Source: a virus
Lineage: Duplodnaviria > Heunggongvirae > Uroviricota > Caudoviricetes
Virus record (IMG/VR): IMGVR_UViG_2563366800_000007
Length of the DNA: 42,997 nt
Reading direction: 5' to 3' (one strand)
The translations under genes and the position numbers were made by a program. Below the pieces are notes generated by a model. The model was given only the letters and a program-made list of their open reading frames with translations. It ran no database searches and had not been told where the DNA came from. Below, in pieces: positions 24,237 through 32,671 of the stretch. Positions within the stretch are counted from its first letter, which is position 1. Each line of letters starts with the position of its first letter.

Positions 24237-25873
24237 TGAATAAAGTACAGATACTGGGCTCTGATGGGCAGCCGTTGCGACAGCAGCGTCCCTCTATGCT
24301 GGTGGGGGGGAGCCGCGTACCTTATGACGCAGCTGACTCTTTCAGCGATCAACTGGCGAACTGGCAACCCGCGCTGTGGTCCCCGGACAATGAAATTAAC
24401 ATTTACCGGGATCGCATCGTGTCCCGCGCACGCGATCTGGTCCGTAATGACGGCTGGGCAAACGGTGCGGTCACACGTCTGCTGGATAATGCGGTTGGTG
24501 CCAACTTCCGCCCCATCATGAAACCCGATTACCGTGTTCTCAGAATGATCACCGGAAACAAGGCGTTTGATGCGTCCTGGGCGGAAGAGTACGGAAAAGC
24601 ACTGGACGGGCACTGGCGGACCTGGAGTAACGATCCTGGCCGGTATTGTGATGTTGAACGAAAACTCACCGTGTCGCAGATGTTACGCCTGGGATTTCGT
24701 CACAAGCTTATTGACGGGGATGCTCTGGCCATTCTCCAGTACAGAACTGACAGGCTTGGTCCCGGAAGAGGGCGTTACGCCACCACGGTACAGATTGTCG
24801 ATCCTGACCGCCTCAGTAATCCTCAGCAGAATTTCGATATGCCAAATGTCCGTGGTGGCGTTGAAATTGATGCGGACGGTGCGCCGGTTGCTTACCACAT
24901 CAGGGAGGCCCATATCGGTGACTGGTGGAGCGGGGCTAAAACCATGACGTGGCAGCGTATCCCGCGTGAAACTGACTGGGGCCGCCCGCATGTGGTTCAC
25001 GATTTTGATCATGAGCGTGGCGCGCAGCACCGTGGTAACGGCATCCTGACTCCGGTTATTCAGCGTCTGAAAATGCTGGTGAAGTATGACCAGAGTGAGC
25101 TTGAGGCAGCAATTCTTAATGCCATATTTGCCGCTTACATTGAGTCACCCTATGACCCTGCGATGGTTCAGTCTGCCCTGGGCGAGACCTATGACGAGTC
25201 GGAGTTAGGCACTTATCAGGACGGGCGTGTTGAGTTCCATAACGATCGGCGTCTGACACTTCAGAATGGTGCCCGAATGCCCATTCTTTATCCTGGTGAG
25301 AAAATCACGACGGTTAACGCGGCGCGGCCCTACAGCAATTTTGAAGTCTTCGAATCTGCTGTTCTCCGTAATTTTTCTTCAGGAACAGGGTTGTCCCCAC
25401 AGCAGGTCACCCAGGACTGGTCTGACGTTAACTACAGTTCTGCACGCTCCTCGTTGCTGGAGGCATGGAAAACACTGACTCGCCGCCGGGACGATTTTTC
25501 TACCGGCTTCGCTCAGCCCATTCTCACCGCCTTTGTTGAAGAAGTTCACGACAATGAGGATTTACCCCTGCCCGCAGGCGCACCTGATTTTGTTGACGCC
25601 AGAGCCGCGTATTCTCGCGCGCGCTGGATGGGGCCAGGGCGCGGCTGGGTGGATCCGGTTGCAGAGAAAAAAGGCGCCATTCTTGGTCTGGATGCCGGAC
25701 TTTCCACCCTCGAGATTGAGGTGGGTGAAAACGTCGGTGAAGACTGGGAAGAAGTGCTTGATCAGCGCCAGAGAGAAATTGAGTCATGTCTTAAACGCGG
25801 ATTACCGCTTCCGAGCTGGGCACAGGCTGACCAGTTTGCGAGCCAGACCATTACCGATCCGGAGGAAAAGTGA
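24236..25873 (+). CDS. Portal protein (lambda gpB family)
   Basis: 545-aa ORF between the gpW-like and prohead-protease genes; ATGA overlap with the upstream gene; assignment by size, order and general similarity. Confidence 0.8.
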   Translation: MNKVQILGSDGQPLRQQRPSMLVGGSRVPYDAADSFSDQLANWQPALWSPDNEINIYRDRIVSRARDLVRNDGWANGAVTRLLDNAVGANFRPIMKPDYRVLRMITGNKAFDASWAEEYGKALDGHWRTWSNDPGRYCDVERKLTVSQMLRLGFRHKLIDGDALAILQYRTDRLGPGRGRYATTVQIVDPDRLSNPQQNFDMPNVRGGVEIDADGAPVAYHIREAHIGDWWSGAKTMTWQRIPRETDWGRPHVVHDFDHERGAQHRGNGILTPVIQRLKMLVKYDQSELEAAILNAIFAAYIESPYDPAMVQSALGETYDESELGTYQDGRVEFHNDRRLTLQNGARMPILYPGEKITTVNAARPYSNFEVFESAVLRNFSSGTGLSPQQVTQDWSDVNYSSARSSLLEAWKTLTRRRDDFSTGFAQPILTAFVEEVHDNEDLPLPAGAPDFVDARAAYSRARWMGPGRGWVDPVAEKKGAILGLDAGLSTLEIEVGENVGEDWEEVLDQRQREIESCLKRGLPLPSWAQADQFASQTITDPEEK

Positions 25874-26736
25874 ATCTACCCCATCTGGCCCAGCGATTAT
25901 TTAACACCCCGCTGGCGCTGCACCCGAGTAAAGCCGAAGTCATCATGGCATCCGTAATGGACCGATTTGGTATCAGTAAAATCGAATCTTCTCTTGCCAT
26001 GGAGGATGACTGGTACGGATATGACGATAACCGGGGACGTGAATCCCGTAGTGATCCGGGTTATGACAATGTGCTGGGTGTCGCCGTCATCCCGATATGC
26101 GGAACGCTGGTGCAAAAACTGGGCAGTCTGCGTCCGTACAGTGGAATGACAGGGTATGACGGCATTCGTCAGGCGTTTCTTACTGCGATGGAAGATCCCG
26201 ACATTTCGGGCATTTGCCTGGATATCGACTCACCCGGCGGCGAGGTCGCTGGATGCTTCGATCTGGTTGATGTCATTTACGGCTCCCGGGGGAAAAAGCC
26301 TATCCATGCCATTCTGACGGAAAGCGCTTATTCCGCTGCGTATGCCATTGCCAGTGCAGCGGACCGGATTTCTGTTCCGCGCACCGGCGGAGTGGGTTCT
26401 GTGGGTGTGATCACCATGCACCTTGACTGGACGCAGCGGATTAAAGATGACGGTCTTAAAGTTACGATCATCACCTATGGATCCCGCAAGGCTGAAGGTT
26501 CGCCGCTGAGAGAGTTGTCAGATGAAGCTCTGGCCGCCATCCAGCAGGACATTAACACCATGGGCGAATTGTTTGTGAACACTGTTGCCAGAAACCGGGG
26601 GATTAGCGCAAAGGTTATAAAAAGTACCCAGGCCGCCTGTTTTATGGCTGCTGATGGCGTTGAAATTGGACTGGCTGATGAGGTGTGTCCTCCTGACGCT
26701 GCGTTCAAAAACTTACTTGAAAAAACAGGAGCCTGA
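25870..26736 (+). CDS. Prohead maturation protease (S49 / ClpP-fold, lambda gpC-like)
   Basis: Blocks ICLDIDSPGGEVAG and ILTESAYSAAYAIASAADRI are characteristic of S49 head proteases; GTG start overlaps the portal stop. Confidence 0.8.
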   Translation: MNLPHLAQRLFNTPLALHPSKAEVIMASVMDRFGISKIESSLAMEDDWYGYDDNRGRESRSDPGYDNVLGVAVIPICGTLVQKLGSLRPYSGMTGYDGIRQAFLTAMEDPDISGICLDIDSPGGEVAGCFDLVDVIYGSRGKKPIHAILTESAYSAAYAIASAADRISVPRTGGVGSVGVITMHLDWTQRIKDDGLKVTIITYGSRKAEGSPLRELSDEALAAIQQDINTMGELFVNTVARNRGISAKVIKSTQAACFMAADGVEIGLADEVCPPDAAFKNLLEKTGA

Positions 26737-26737
26737 A

Positions 26738-27328
26738 ATGGCAAAGAAAAAGACGTTTAGTTTTGCTCACCTCATTGGTCTTGGCCCTTCCGCTTCTGAG
26801 GAAGAAGAGGATAAAAAAGCCAAAAAAGCGAAAGCCCGTCGCGCGGAAGAGGACGAGCGCGAAGATGATGCCGATGATGATGAGCGCGACGACGACGCGG
26901 AAGAAGACGAACGCGACGATGATGCTGAAGATGACGGCGATGATCCGGATGCGTCAGAAGATGATGATTCTGAAGACGACGGCGACGACGATCGCAAAGA
27001 GAGTAAGGCGGTAAAAAATGCACGCGCTGCTGAGCGTAAACGCTGCGCCCGTATTTTCGGCAGTAAGCATGCAGCTGCGAATCCTTCACTGGCCGCGTCA
27101 CTGGCTTTCAATACCGGGATGAGTTCTGCGGCAGCAATTAATGTCCTAGCCTCTTCGGCTCCGGCCGCAGCCGCATCTCAGCCATCCCGTAAACGCTCTC
27201 TCGATCAGCGTATGCAGGAAAGCCACCAGGTCCGGCTTAATCCGGATAGCGGACAGAAAGAGACCGGAAAGTCTGCGCTGGTAAGTAAAATGACCGGCCT
27301 CTACAACTCCACAAGAGGAGAGAAATAA
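26738..27328 (+). CDS. Scaffold-like acidic protein (Nu3 position) with low-complexity Asp/Glu repeats
   Basis: 196-aa product from the ATG at 26738 (AGGAG upstream); about 26795..26995 encodes EDDERDDDAEEDERDDDAEDDGDD-type repeats from tandem DNA repeats; Ala-rich C-terminus. Track ORF begins at 26654. Confidence 0.45.
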   Translation: MAKKKTFSFAHLIGLGPSASEEEEDKKAKKAKARRAEEDEREDDADDDERDDDAEEDERDDDAEDDGDDPDASEDDDSEDDGDDDRKESKAVKNARAAERKRCARIFGSKHAAANPSLAASLAFNTGMSSAAAINVLASSAPAAAASQPSRKRSLDQRMQESHQVRLNPDSGQKETGKSALVSKMTGLYNSTRGEK

Positions 27329-27732
27329 TGGATCAGTTTGGTCAGAATGCGTTTGCGCCTGGCATGAAGAGCGCGCTGTTTGTTCCGGATCAGCTTGTCG
27401 CTGGCACGCTCCAGCTGGTGACTGACACCGGGATCATTACGGGCGGTGCCTTTAAGCGTGGTACTGTCCTGGGCCTGGTGGCTGCCAGCGGGAAATACAC
27501 GCAATGTGTGAAAACGGCTGAAGATGGCAGTCAGTTACCCGTTGCTATTCTGGTTGATGATGTTGATGCATCGTCTTCCGATCAGAACGGCGGCCTGTAT
27601 CTGATGGGGGAATTCAACCAGCACCGAATTATTTTTGATAACTCCTGGACGACCGCTGACCTGAAAAAAGCGCTCCGACCGCTGGCTATCTTCCTGAAAG
27701 ACAGTGACCAGGCACCTGTAACCACCTCCTGA
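27328..27732 (+). CDS. Head decoration protein (lambda gpD-like)
   Basis: 134 aa located between the scaffold-like and major-capsid genes; segment PVAILVDDVDASSSDQNGGLYLMGEFN resembles decoration-protein families. Confidence 0.55.
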   Translation: MDQFGQNAFAPGMKSALFVPDQLVAGTLQLVTDTGIITGGAFKRGTVLGLVAASGKYTQCVKTAEDGSQLPVAILVDDVDASSSDQNGGLYLMGEFNQHRIIFDNSWTTADLKKALRPLAIFLKDSDQAPVTTS

Positions 27733-27829
27733 TTTCCCCCACGGCTCTCCTGACGAATGCTTTAACCGGCAGGGGCTGGCTCGTTTAAATTTTTTGCCAG
27801 CTGCGGCTGGCACTATCAAGAGACTGAAT

Positions 27830-28879
27830 ATGGAAAATATTTTTGATACCAGCGTGCTGGTGCAGGTTGTTCCTAACCTGAAAACCAGTCAGAACTGGCT
27901 GCTCGATCGCTTCTTCCCGAATGTCGTGACTTACGAGACTGAAGAAGTGGCGATTGATGTTGATGTCGGCCTGCGTCGTATGGCGCCGTTCGTCTCCCCG
28001 CTGGTGGAAGGTAAGCTGGTCGAATCCCGTAAATACCAGACCAATACCTTCAAACCGGCATACATCAAAGATAAGCGCGCTCCGGACCTGCGCAAACCTA
28101 TCCGCCGCCAGATTGGTGAGCGTATTGGCGGGGAATATACCGCTGCCGAGCGCGAAATGCTGAACCTTCAGTTTGAAATGACTGACCAGATTGACATGAT
28201 CAACCGTCGTCTGGAATGGATGGCGGCGAGTGCGCTGGTGTCTGGGACCGTAACCGTCGCCGGGGAGGGCTATGAAACTAAGGTGGTGGATTTCGGGCGT
28301 GCTTCGGATCTGACCATCACTCTTAGCGGCTCGGATAAATGGCCACTGACCGTTGCAGCTGGCGCTACCAATACCCAGCCATCAGATGACATTGAAATCT
28401 GGCAGACTACTTTCCTGAAAGAGTCCGGCTCTGTCGCCACGGATCTGGTCTTTACGAATAAGTCATGGCGTGCATTCCGACTGGATACCACCATCAAGGA
28501 TAACGCCATTACATTCCCGGCGCTGAGCCCGTTTGGTAACCAGATTAACGCCGGCCCACAGGTAATGAAGGGCGCAATTTATAAAGGGCGCTGGGGTAAC
28601 TTTGACCTCTGGTTATATAACGACTGGTTTATTGACCCGCTGGACAACGTCGAGAAGCCTATGATCCCCGATGGCGCTGTCATTATGAGTGGTGCCGATC
28701 TGATGGGTACCCGCGCCTTTGGCGTTATCCTGGACCCGGCTTTCAACTACGGTCCGCTGGCTTATGCGCCAAAATCCTGGGTGAAAGAAGATCCAGCCCA
28801 GCGTCTTATCCTGATGCAATCCTCCCCGCTGGTTATTCCGAGCCGGGTAAATGCATCCCTCTGCGCAACGGTGGTCTGA
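27830..28879 (+). CDS. Major capsid protein (lambda gpE-like)
   Basis: About 350 aa; N-terminal FVSPLVEGKLVESRKYQTNTFKPAYIKDKR parallels lambda E (YVSPIVSGEVIRSRGG...FTPGYVKPKH); follows the decoration gene. Track ORF begins at 27794. Confidence 0.8.
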   Translation: MENIFDTSVLVQVVPNLKTSQNWLLDRFFPNVVTYETEEVAIDVDVGLRRMAPFVSPLVEGKLVESRKYQTNTFKPAYIKDKRAPDLRKPIRRQIGERIGGEYTAAEREMLNLQFEMTDQIDMINRRLEWMAASALVSGTVTVAGEGYETKVVDFGRASDLTITLSGSDKWPLTVAAGATNTQPSDDIEIWQTTFLKESGSVATDLVFTNKSWRAFRLDTTIKDNAITFPALSPFGNQINAGPQVMKGAIYKGRWGNFDLWLYNDWFIDPLDNVEKPMIPDGAVIMSGADLMGTRAFGVILDPAFNYGPLAYAPKSWVKEDPAQRLILMQSSPLVIPSRVNASLCATVV

Positions 28880-28880
28880 T

Positions 28881-29261
28881 ATGGCAAAACAACCTAATAC
28901 CGGGCTGGCTGATGATCTGAATGCAGAAGGATCTGCCAAAGACGGCCTGAGCGTTGACAACCTGAATGCTGGCGATAACACCCAGGAAAAACAGCCTTTG
29001 AGCAAAACAGATGATGCCGAATTGTCTGTTGATGACGATGGTGGTGACGAAAAATCCGGAGACACTGAATCGCAGGAGTATGTGGTGTTGAAAGGGAATT
29101 GCATTCGTCATGACGGGGAGATGTACCGCGAAAATATGCGCATCCCTGTAACCGGCAAAGATGCTGAGCGTCTTCTGCAGTCCGGCGTTATTGCTGATGT
29201 TGATGTGCTTCGTAAGCGAGTTCTTGCTTCTCAGCCATCAGTTTCAGTTACGACAGGGTAA
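28881..29261 (+). CDS. Hypothetical acidic protein (gpFI position)
   Basis: 126-aa product between the capsid and FII-like genes; role in packaging inferred from position only. Track ORF begins at 28851. Confidence 0.35.
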   Translation: MAKQPNTGLADDLNAEGSAKDGLSVDNLNAGDNTQEKQPLSKTDDAELSVDDDGGDEKSGDTESQEYVVLKGNCIRHDGEMYRENMRIPVTGKDAERLLQSGVIADVDVLRKRVLASQPSVSVTTG

Positions 29262-29265
29262 TGAC

Positions 29266-29625
29266 ATGGGCGTGGACTGGGATTCTCATCTTCTGAGTCC
29301 GCTGCATGATGTCTTTGGCGATGAGCACGAGTACCGTCCACGTAACGGTACTCCTTTTACAATTAACGGGATTTTTGACCGTGGTTATGCGCAGGTTGCT
29401 GAAAACCTTGATGGCGATTCAGAAATTAACACCTCCAGCCCGATGTTGGGTGTGCGCGATGCTGAATTTCGCAAGCTGGGTAAATCGCAACCTGCTGTAT
29501 CTGACCGGGTATTTATAAAGACGGTCGGTGGTCACATCATCAATCAGTTATTTGTTGTGTCAAACGTCGAACCCGACAGTCATGGCGGATCTCGTCTTGT
29601 CCTCAATGTGGTAAAACCGCGATGA
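29266..29625 (+). CDS. Head-tail joining protein (lambda gpFII-like)
   Basis: Blocks GIFDRG, TSSPMLGVRDAEF and VEPDSHGGSRLVL align with lambda FII (GVFDDP, GSSPSLFVRTDEV, VSPDDGGSCHLWL). Track ORF begins at 29161. Confidence 0.7.
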   Translation: MGVDWDSHLLSPLHDVFGDEHEYRPRNGTPFTINGIFDRGYAQVAENLDGDSEINTSSPMLGVRDAEFRKLGKSQPAVSDRVFIKTVGGHIINQLFVVSNVEPDSHGGSRLVLNVVKPR

Positions 29626-30167
29626 ATTCAGCAGCGATACGGCAAATGGTTGTCACTGCACTAACCGGGACAACCAGCGCGGGCGACCGCGTATTCTCTC
29701 CACGCGACTGGTCAACTTCACCAGATATGTATCCTGTGTTGTTGGTTCAGACGCCTTTTGAACAGAAAAAATCACAGGGGCGTAATACCCCTGCTTTTAC
29801 CACCCTCACCACTGTCAGGATCACTGGGCGCGTTCAGGAGTATGACGGCGATACAGTGGATGATGGAGCCATGCGGGCAGAGCTGGCGCTTGAAAGCCTT
29901 CGCGAGCAGGTGGAGCGCGCGGTGATCAACAGCTACGAACTGACGCGGAATATTCAGAAATACGCGGAAGTTCGTTCAACCATCAATGTTGATTCAGAAG
30001 GAGAGGCCCATATGGGGCAGCTTCTTTTCGAGATCGACATAGAGCATTACCAGGGGCCGGAAGATTTTTATCCTGTCCAGTCGGTTCCCCTTGAGGGCAT
30101 GGATATTGCGGTCGATATGCCAGACGGCACAGTTAAACCGGGTATCAGCCTCAATCTTCAGGAGTAA
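29622..30167 (+). CDS. Putative neck or tail-completion protein
   Basis: 181-aa ORF between the FII-like gene and the tail sheath gene; function from position only. Confidence 0.35.
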   Translation: MNSAAIRQMVVTALTGTTSAGDRVFSPRDWSTSPDMYPVLLVQTPFEQKKSQGRNTPAFTTLTTVRITGRVQEYDGDTVDDGAMRAELALESLREQVERAVINSYELTRNIQKYAEVRSTINVDSEGEAHMGQLLFEIDIEHYQGPEDFYPVQSVPLEGMDIAVDMPDGTVKPGISLNLQE

Positions 30168-30170
30168 TCC

Positions 30171-30368
30171 ATGTTTGTTAAGCCGAACAACGGGCTCAGC
30201 GTTCGCTGCCCCGTCAAGGGCATCCCATTGCCTAAAGAGGGTGCTGAAGTACCTGACAATATTTTCTGGCGTCGCCGTCTGAGCGATGGGGACGTGATCC
30301 TCTCTAAAAAGGATGAGGGCGCGCCAGAGAAACAATCATTACCTAAAAAAGCGGGAGAAAATGAATGA
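30171..30368 (+). CDS. Small conserved protein preceding the tail sheath gene
   Basis: 65-aa ORF overlapping the sheath gene start; small proteins occupy this position in Mu-like tail modules. Confidence 0.35.
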   Translation: MFVKPNNGLSVRCPVKGIPLPKEGAEVPDNIFWRRRLSDGDVILSKKDEGAPEKQSLPKKAGENE

Positions 30369-31867
30369 CCGTACCTTTCGCTCGTGTTCCCGATAACCTG
30401 CGGGTAGGGCTTTTCTTCGTTGAGTTTGATAACTCAATGGCGAATAACGCCACTGCCACGCAGCGCACCCTGCTTATCGGTGGGATGCTCAGTACCGGCT
30501 CAACCCCCCCTGGTATTCCGCAGCGAGTTTCCTCTTCGGATACCGTCGGTGAGCTGACAGGAAAAGGGGGAATTCTGCAGGCCATGATGGCGGCGTATCA
30601 GAAAAATGATACCGCAGCCGAAGTCTGGATCCTGCCGCTGGAGGAAGACTCCGATTCCATGGTGGCTGCAACCGGCACCATTAAAGTGAGCAGCGCACCG
30701 ACGGCAACCGGAGTGATCTCCCTTTATATTGCTGGTGAGCGCATTCAGTTGACCGTTGTAGCAACAGATACGGTGACAGCGATCGCCACCTCTCTGGCCG
30801 CGGCGATTAACGCAAAAACCACGCTACCTGTAACCGCAAGTGCGACTACGGATACCGTAACCCTGACCGCGAAGAATCTTGGTGCTACGGGTAATGGGAT
30901 CGACATTCGCCTGAACTTCCTCGGCTTACCTGGAGGCGAGTCCACACCTGCAGGCCTGGAACTGACGATTACTGCTATGTCTAACGGAGTCGGGGCTCCG
31001 GATATTACCGGCGAGCTGGCAAACCTGCAGGATCGGACATTCGATTTCATCATCAACCCTTACGACGATACAACCTCGTTGAATGTGATGAAGGAGTTCC
31101 TGTCAGACACTGGCGGTCGCTGGGCATGGGACAAGCAGCTTTATGGCCATTCCTTTGGTACCACCACCGGGACTTACGCCCAGCTCGGTACCAAAGGTGA
31201 GCTGCGCAATAACCAGCATGAGACCCTGCTGGGCGTAAATAAATCGCCGTCCCCTTCCTGGGCATGGTCTGCAGCTTACACCGGCGCAGCTGCGGTGAGT
31301 CTGCGTAATGACCCCGGCCGCCCGCTACAGTCGCTCGCTGTTCAGGGGGTGCTTGCGCCAGAACTGCAGGATCGCTTTGAGCTGACCGAGCGTAACAATC
31401 TGCTGTACAGCGGCATTTCGACATTTACGGTCGATGACGATGGCACGGTGCGCATTGAAAACCTGATCACCACCTACCAGAAAAACAGCTATGGCGATGC
31501 AGATGACAGTTATCTGGAAGTGGAGACGCTGTTCAGCCTGATGTTTGTGACCCGCTACCTGCGCACAGCGGTGACCAGCAAGTTTGGCCGTATGAAGCTT
31601 GCTGCGGATGGAACCCGATTTGCACCTGGCGCGGCGATCGTCACGCCAAACATTATCAAGGCCGATCAGATTGCCGAGTACCAGACTCTGGTATGGAACG
31701 GTTATGCGCAGGATGCGGAGGCATTCGCAAAAAATATCATCGTCGAGCAGAACGCCAAAAATCCGAACCGCGTCGATGTGCTGTGGCCGGGAACCCTCAT
31801 GAACCAGTTGCGCATTTTCGCGCTGCTCAATCAGTTCCGCACTCGGGCTGAATCAACAGGAGCTTAA
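30365..31867 (+). CDS. Contractile tail sheath protein (Mu gpL-like)
   Basis: 500 aa; N-terminus ARVPDNLRVGLFFVEFDNS...RTLLIGG fits the sheath N-terminal pattern; followed by tube, chaperone and tape-measure genes. Confidence 0.75.
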   Translation: MTVPFARVPDNLRVGLFFVEFDNSMANNATATQRTLLIGGMLSTGSTPPGIPQRVSSSDTVGELTGKGGILQAMMAAYQKNDTAAEVWILPLEEDSDSMVAATGTIKVSSAPTATGVISLYIAGERIQLTVVATDTVTAIATSLAAAINAKTTLPVTASATTDTVTLTAKNLGATGNGIDIRLNFLGLPGGESTPAGLELTITAMSNGVGAPDITGELANLQDRTFDFIINPYDDTTSLNVMKEFLSDTGGRWAWDKQLYGHSFGTTTGTYAQLGTKGELRNNQHETLLGVNKSPSPSWAWSAAYTGAAAVSLRNDPGRPLQSLAVQGVLAPELQDRFELTERNNLLYSGISTFTVDDDGTVRIENLITTYQKNSYGDADDSYLEVETLFSLMFVTRYLRTAVTSKFGRMKLAADGTRFAPGAAIVTPNIIKADQIAEYQTLVWNGYAQDAEAFAKNIIVEQNAKNPNRVDVLWPGTLMNQLRIFALLNQFRTRAESTGA

Positions 31868-31870
31868 ACG

Positions 31871-32242
31871 ATGGCAGGTGATACTACTAACCGCCTGGCG
31901 GGAACCGCCTATGTCACTGTTAACGGTGTGACGGTAATGGTGGAGGGCTCGTTTAAATACCAGGCTGCCACCGTAAACCGTACCACCCTGACAGGGATGG
32001 ATGGTGTGCACGGATATAAGGAAAAACCTGTGGCGCCATACATTTCTGCCCGACTGCGTGACAGTGGCGGAACGAATGTGCAGGGCTTTAACCAGCAGAC
32101 GAACGTCAACGTGATCGCCGAGCTGGCTAACGGGAAAACTATCATTGGCCGTTCACTCTGGACGGTCAACGTCCAGGAAGTGGAAAGCGAAGATGCAGTA
32201 TTTGATGTTCGCTGGGAAGGCCGCGACGTAACGGAGAACTAA
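31871..32242 (+). CDS. Tail tube protein (Mu gpM-like)
   Basis: 123-aa ORF directly after the sheath gene; size and position typical of tube proteins. Confidence 0.65.
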   Translation: MAGDTTNRLAGTAYVTVNGVTVMVEGSFKYQAATVNRTTLTGMDGVHGYKEKPVAPYISARLRDSGGTNVQGFNQQTNVNVIAELANGKTIIGRSLWTVNVQEVESEDAVFDVRWEGRDVTEN

Positions 32243-32243
32243 G

Positions 32244-32522
32244 ATGGCTGAGATTGAACGCGTTAAAACCATTCCATTAACCGTAGCGCTGGATGATGCT
32301 GCGGAGAAGACCACTTATACGCAGCTGGAGCTGAAAGCACCCACGCTAAGCCAGGCTGAGCAGTTTTACGAGAAACAGGCTGCGTCAACGTCGCTCGCGG
32401 CGATGCGCCTGCTTATTGCGCTGGTTTCCGGTACGCGTGAAAGCGTACTGCAGCCGATGGATTTTCTCGACTTCCGTAAGTGTGAGGAGTATCTGCTCAG
32501 TTTTTTGACCTGGAAGCCCTGA
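32244..32522 (+). CDS. Tail assembly chaperone (short product)
   Basis: 92-aa ORF directly upstream of the tape-measure gene; contains a slippery heptamer near its 3-prime end. Confidence 0.6.
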   Translation: MAEIERVKTIPLTVALDDAAEKTTYTQLELKAPTLSQAEQFYEKQAASTSLAAMRLLIALVSGTRESVLQPMDFLDFRKCEEYLLSFLTWKP

Positions 32523-32671
32523 CAACCTGGCAGGAAATGGCCGCTGACGTCACCTTCTATTTCCGCTGGTCTGAGGACAGGGCGTGGGGAATGACCCGCG
32601 CCCGGCTGAAATGGTGGGTGGCGCAGGCATCCCGGATAAACAAGCTTAGGAAACCTGAAGACGATGAGTAA
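32244..32671 (+). CDS. Tail assembly chaperone, predicted -1 frameshift extended product
   Basis: Slippery T TTT TTG at 32501..32507 in the zero frame; the -1 frame reads through to a TAA at 32669..32671 (FFDLEALTTWQEMAADVTFYFRWSEDRAWGMTRARLKWWVAQASRINKLRKPEDDE), overlapping the tape-measure start. Confidence 0.5.

Noticed and set aside
26767-27111. Ser/Arg-rich minus-strand ORFs (114 and 109 aa) over the acidic repeat region of the scaffold-like gene
   Set aside because: Products of reading GAT/GAC/GAA-rich repeats on the opposite strand; low-complexity artefacts.
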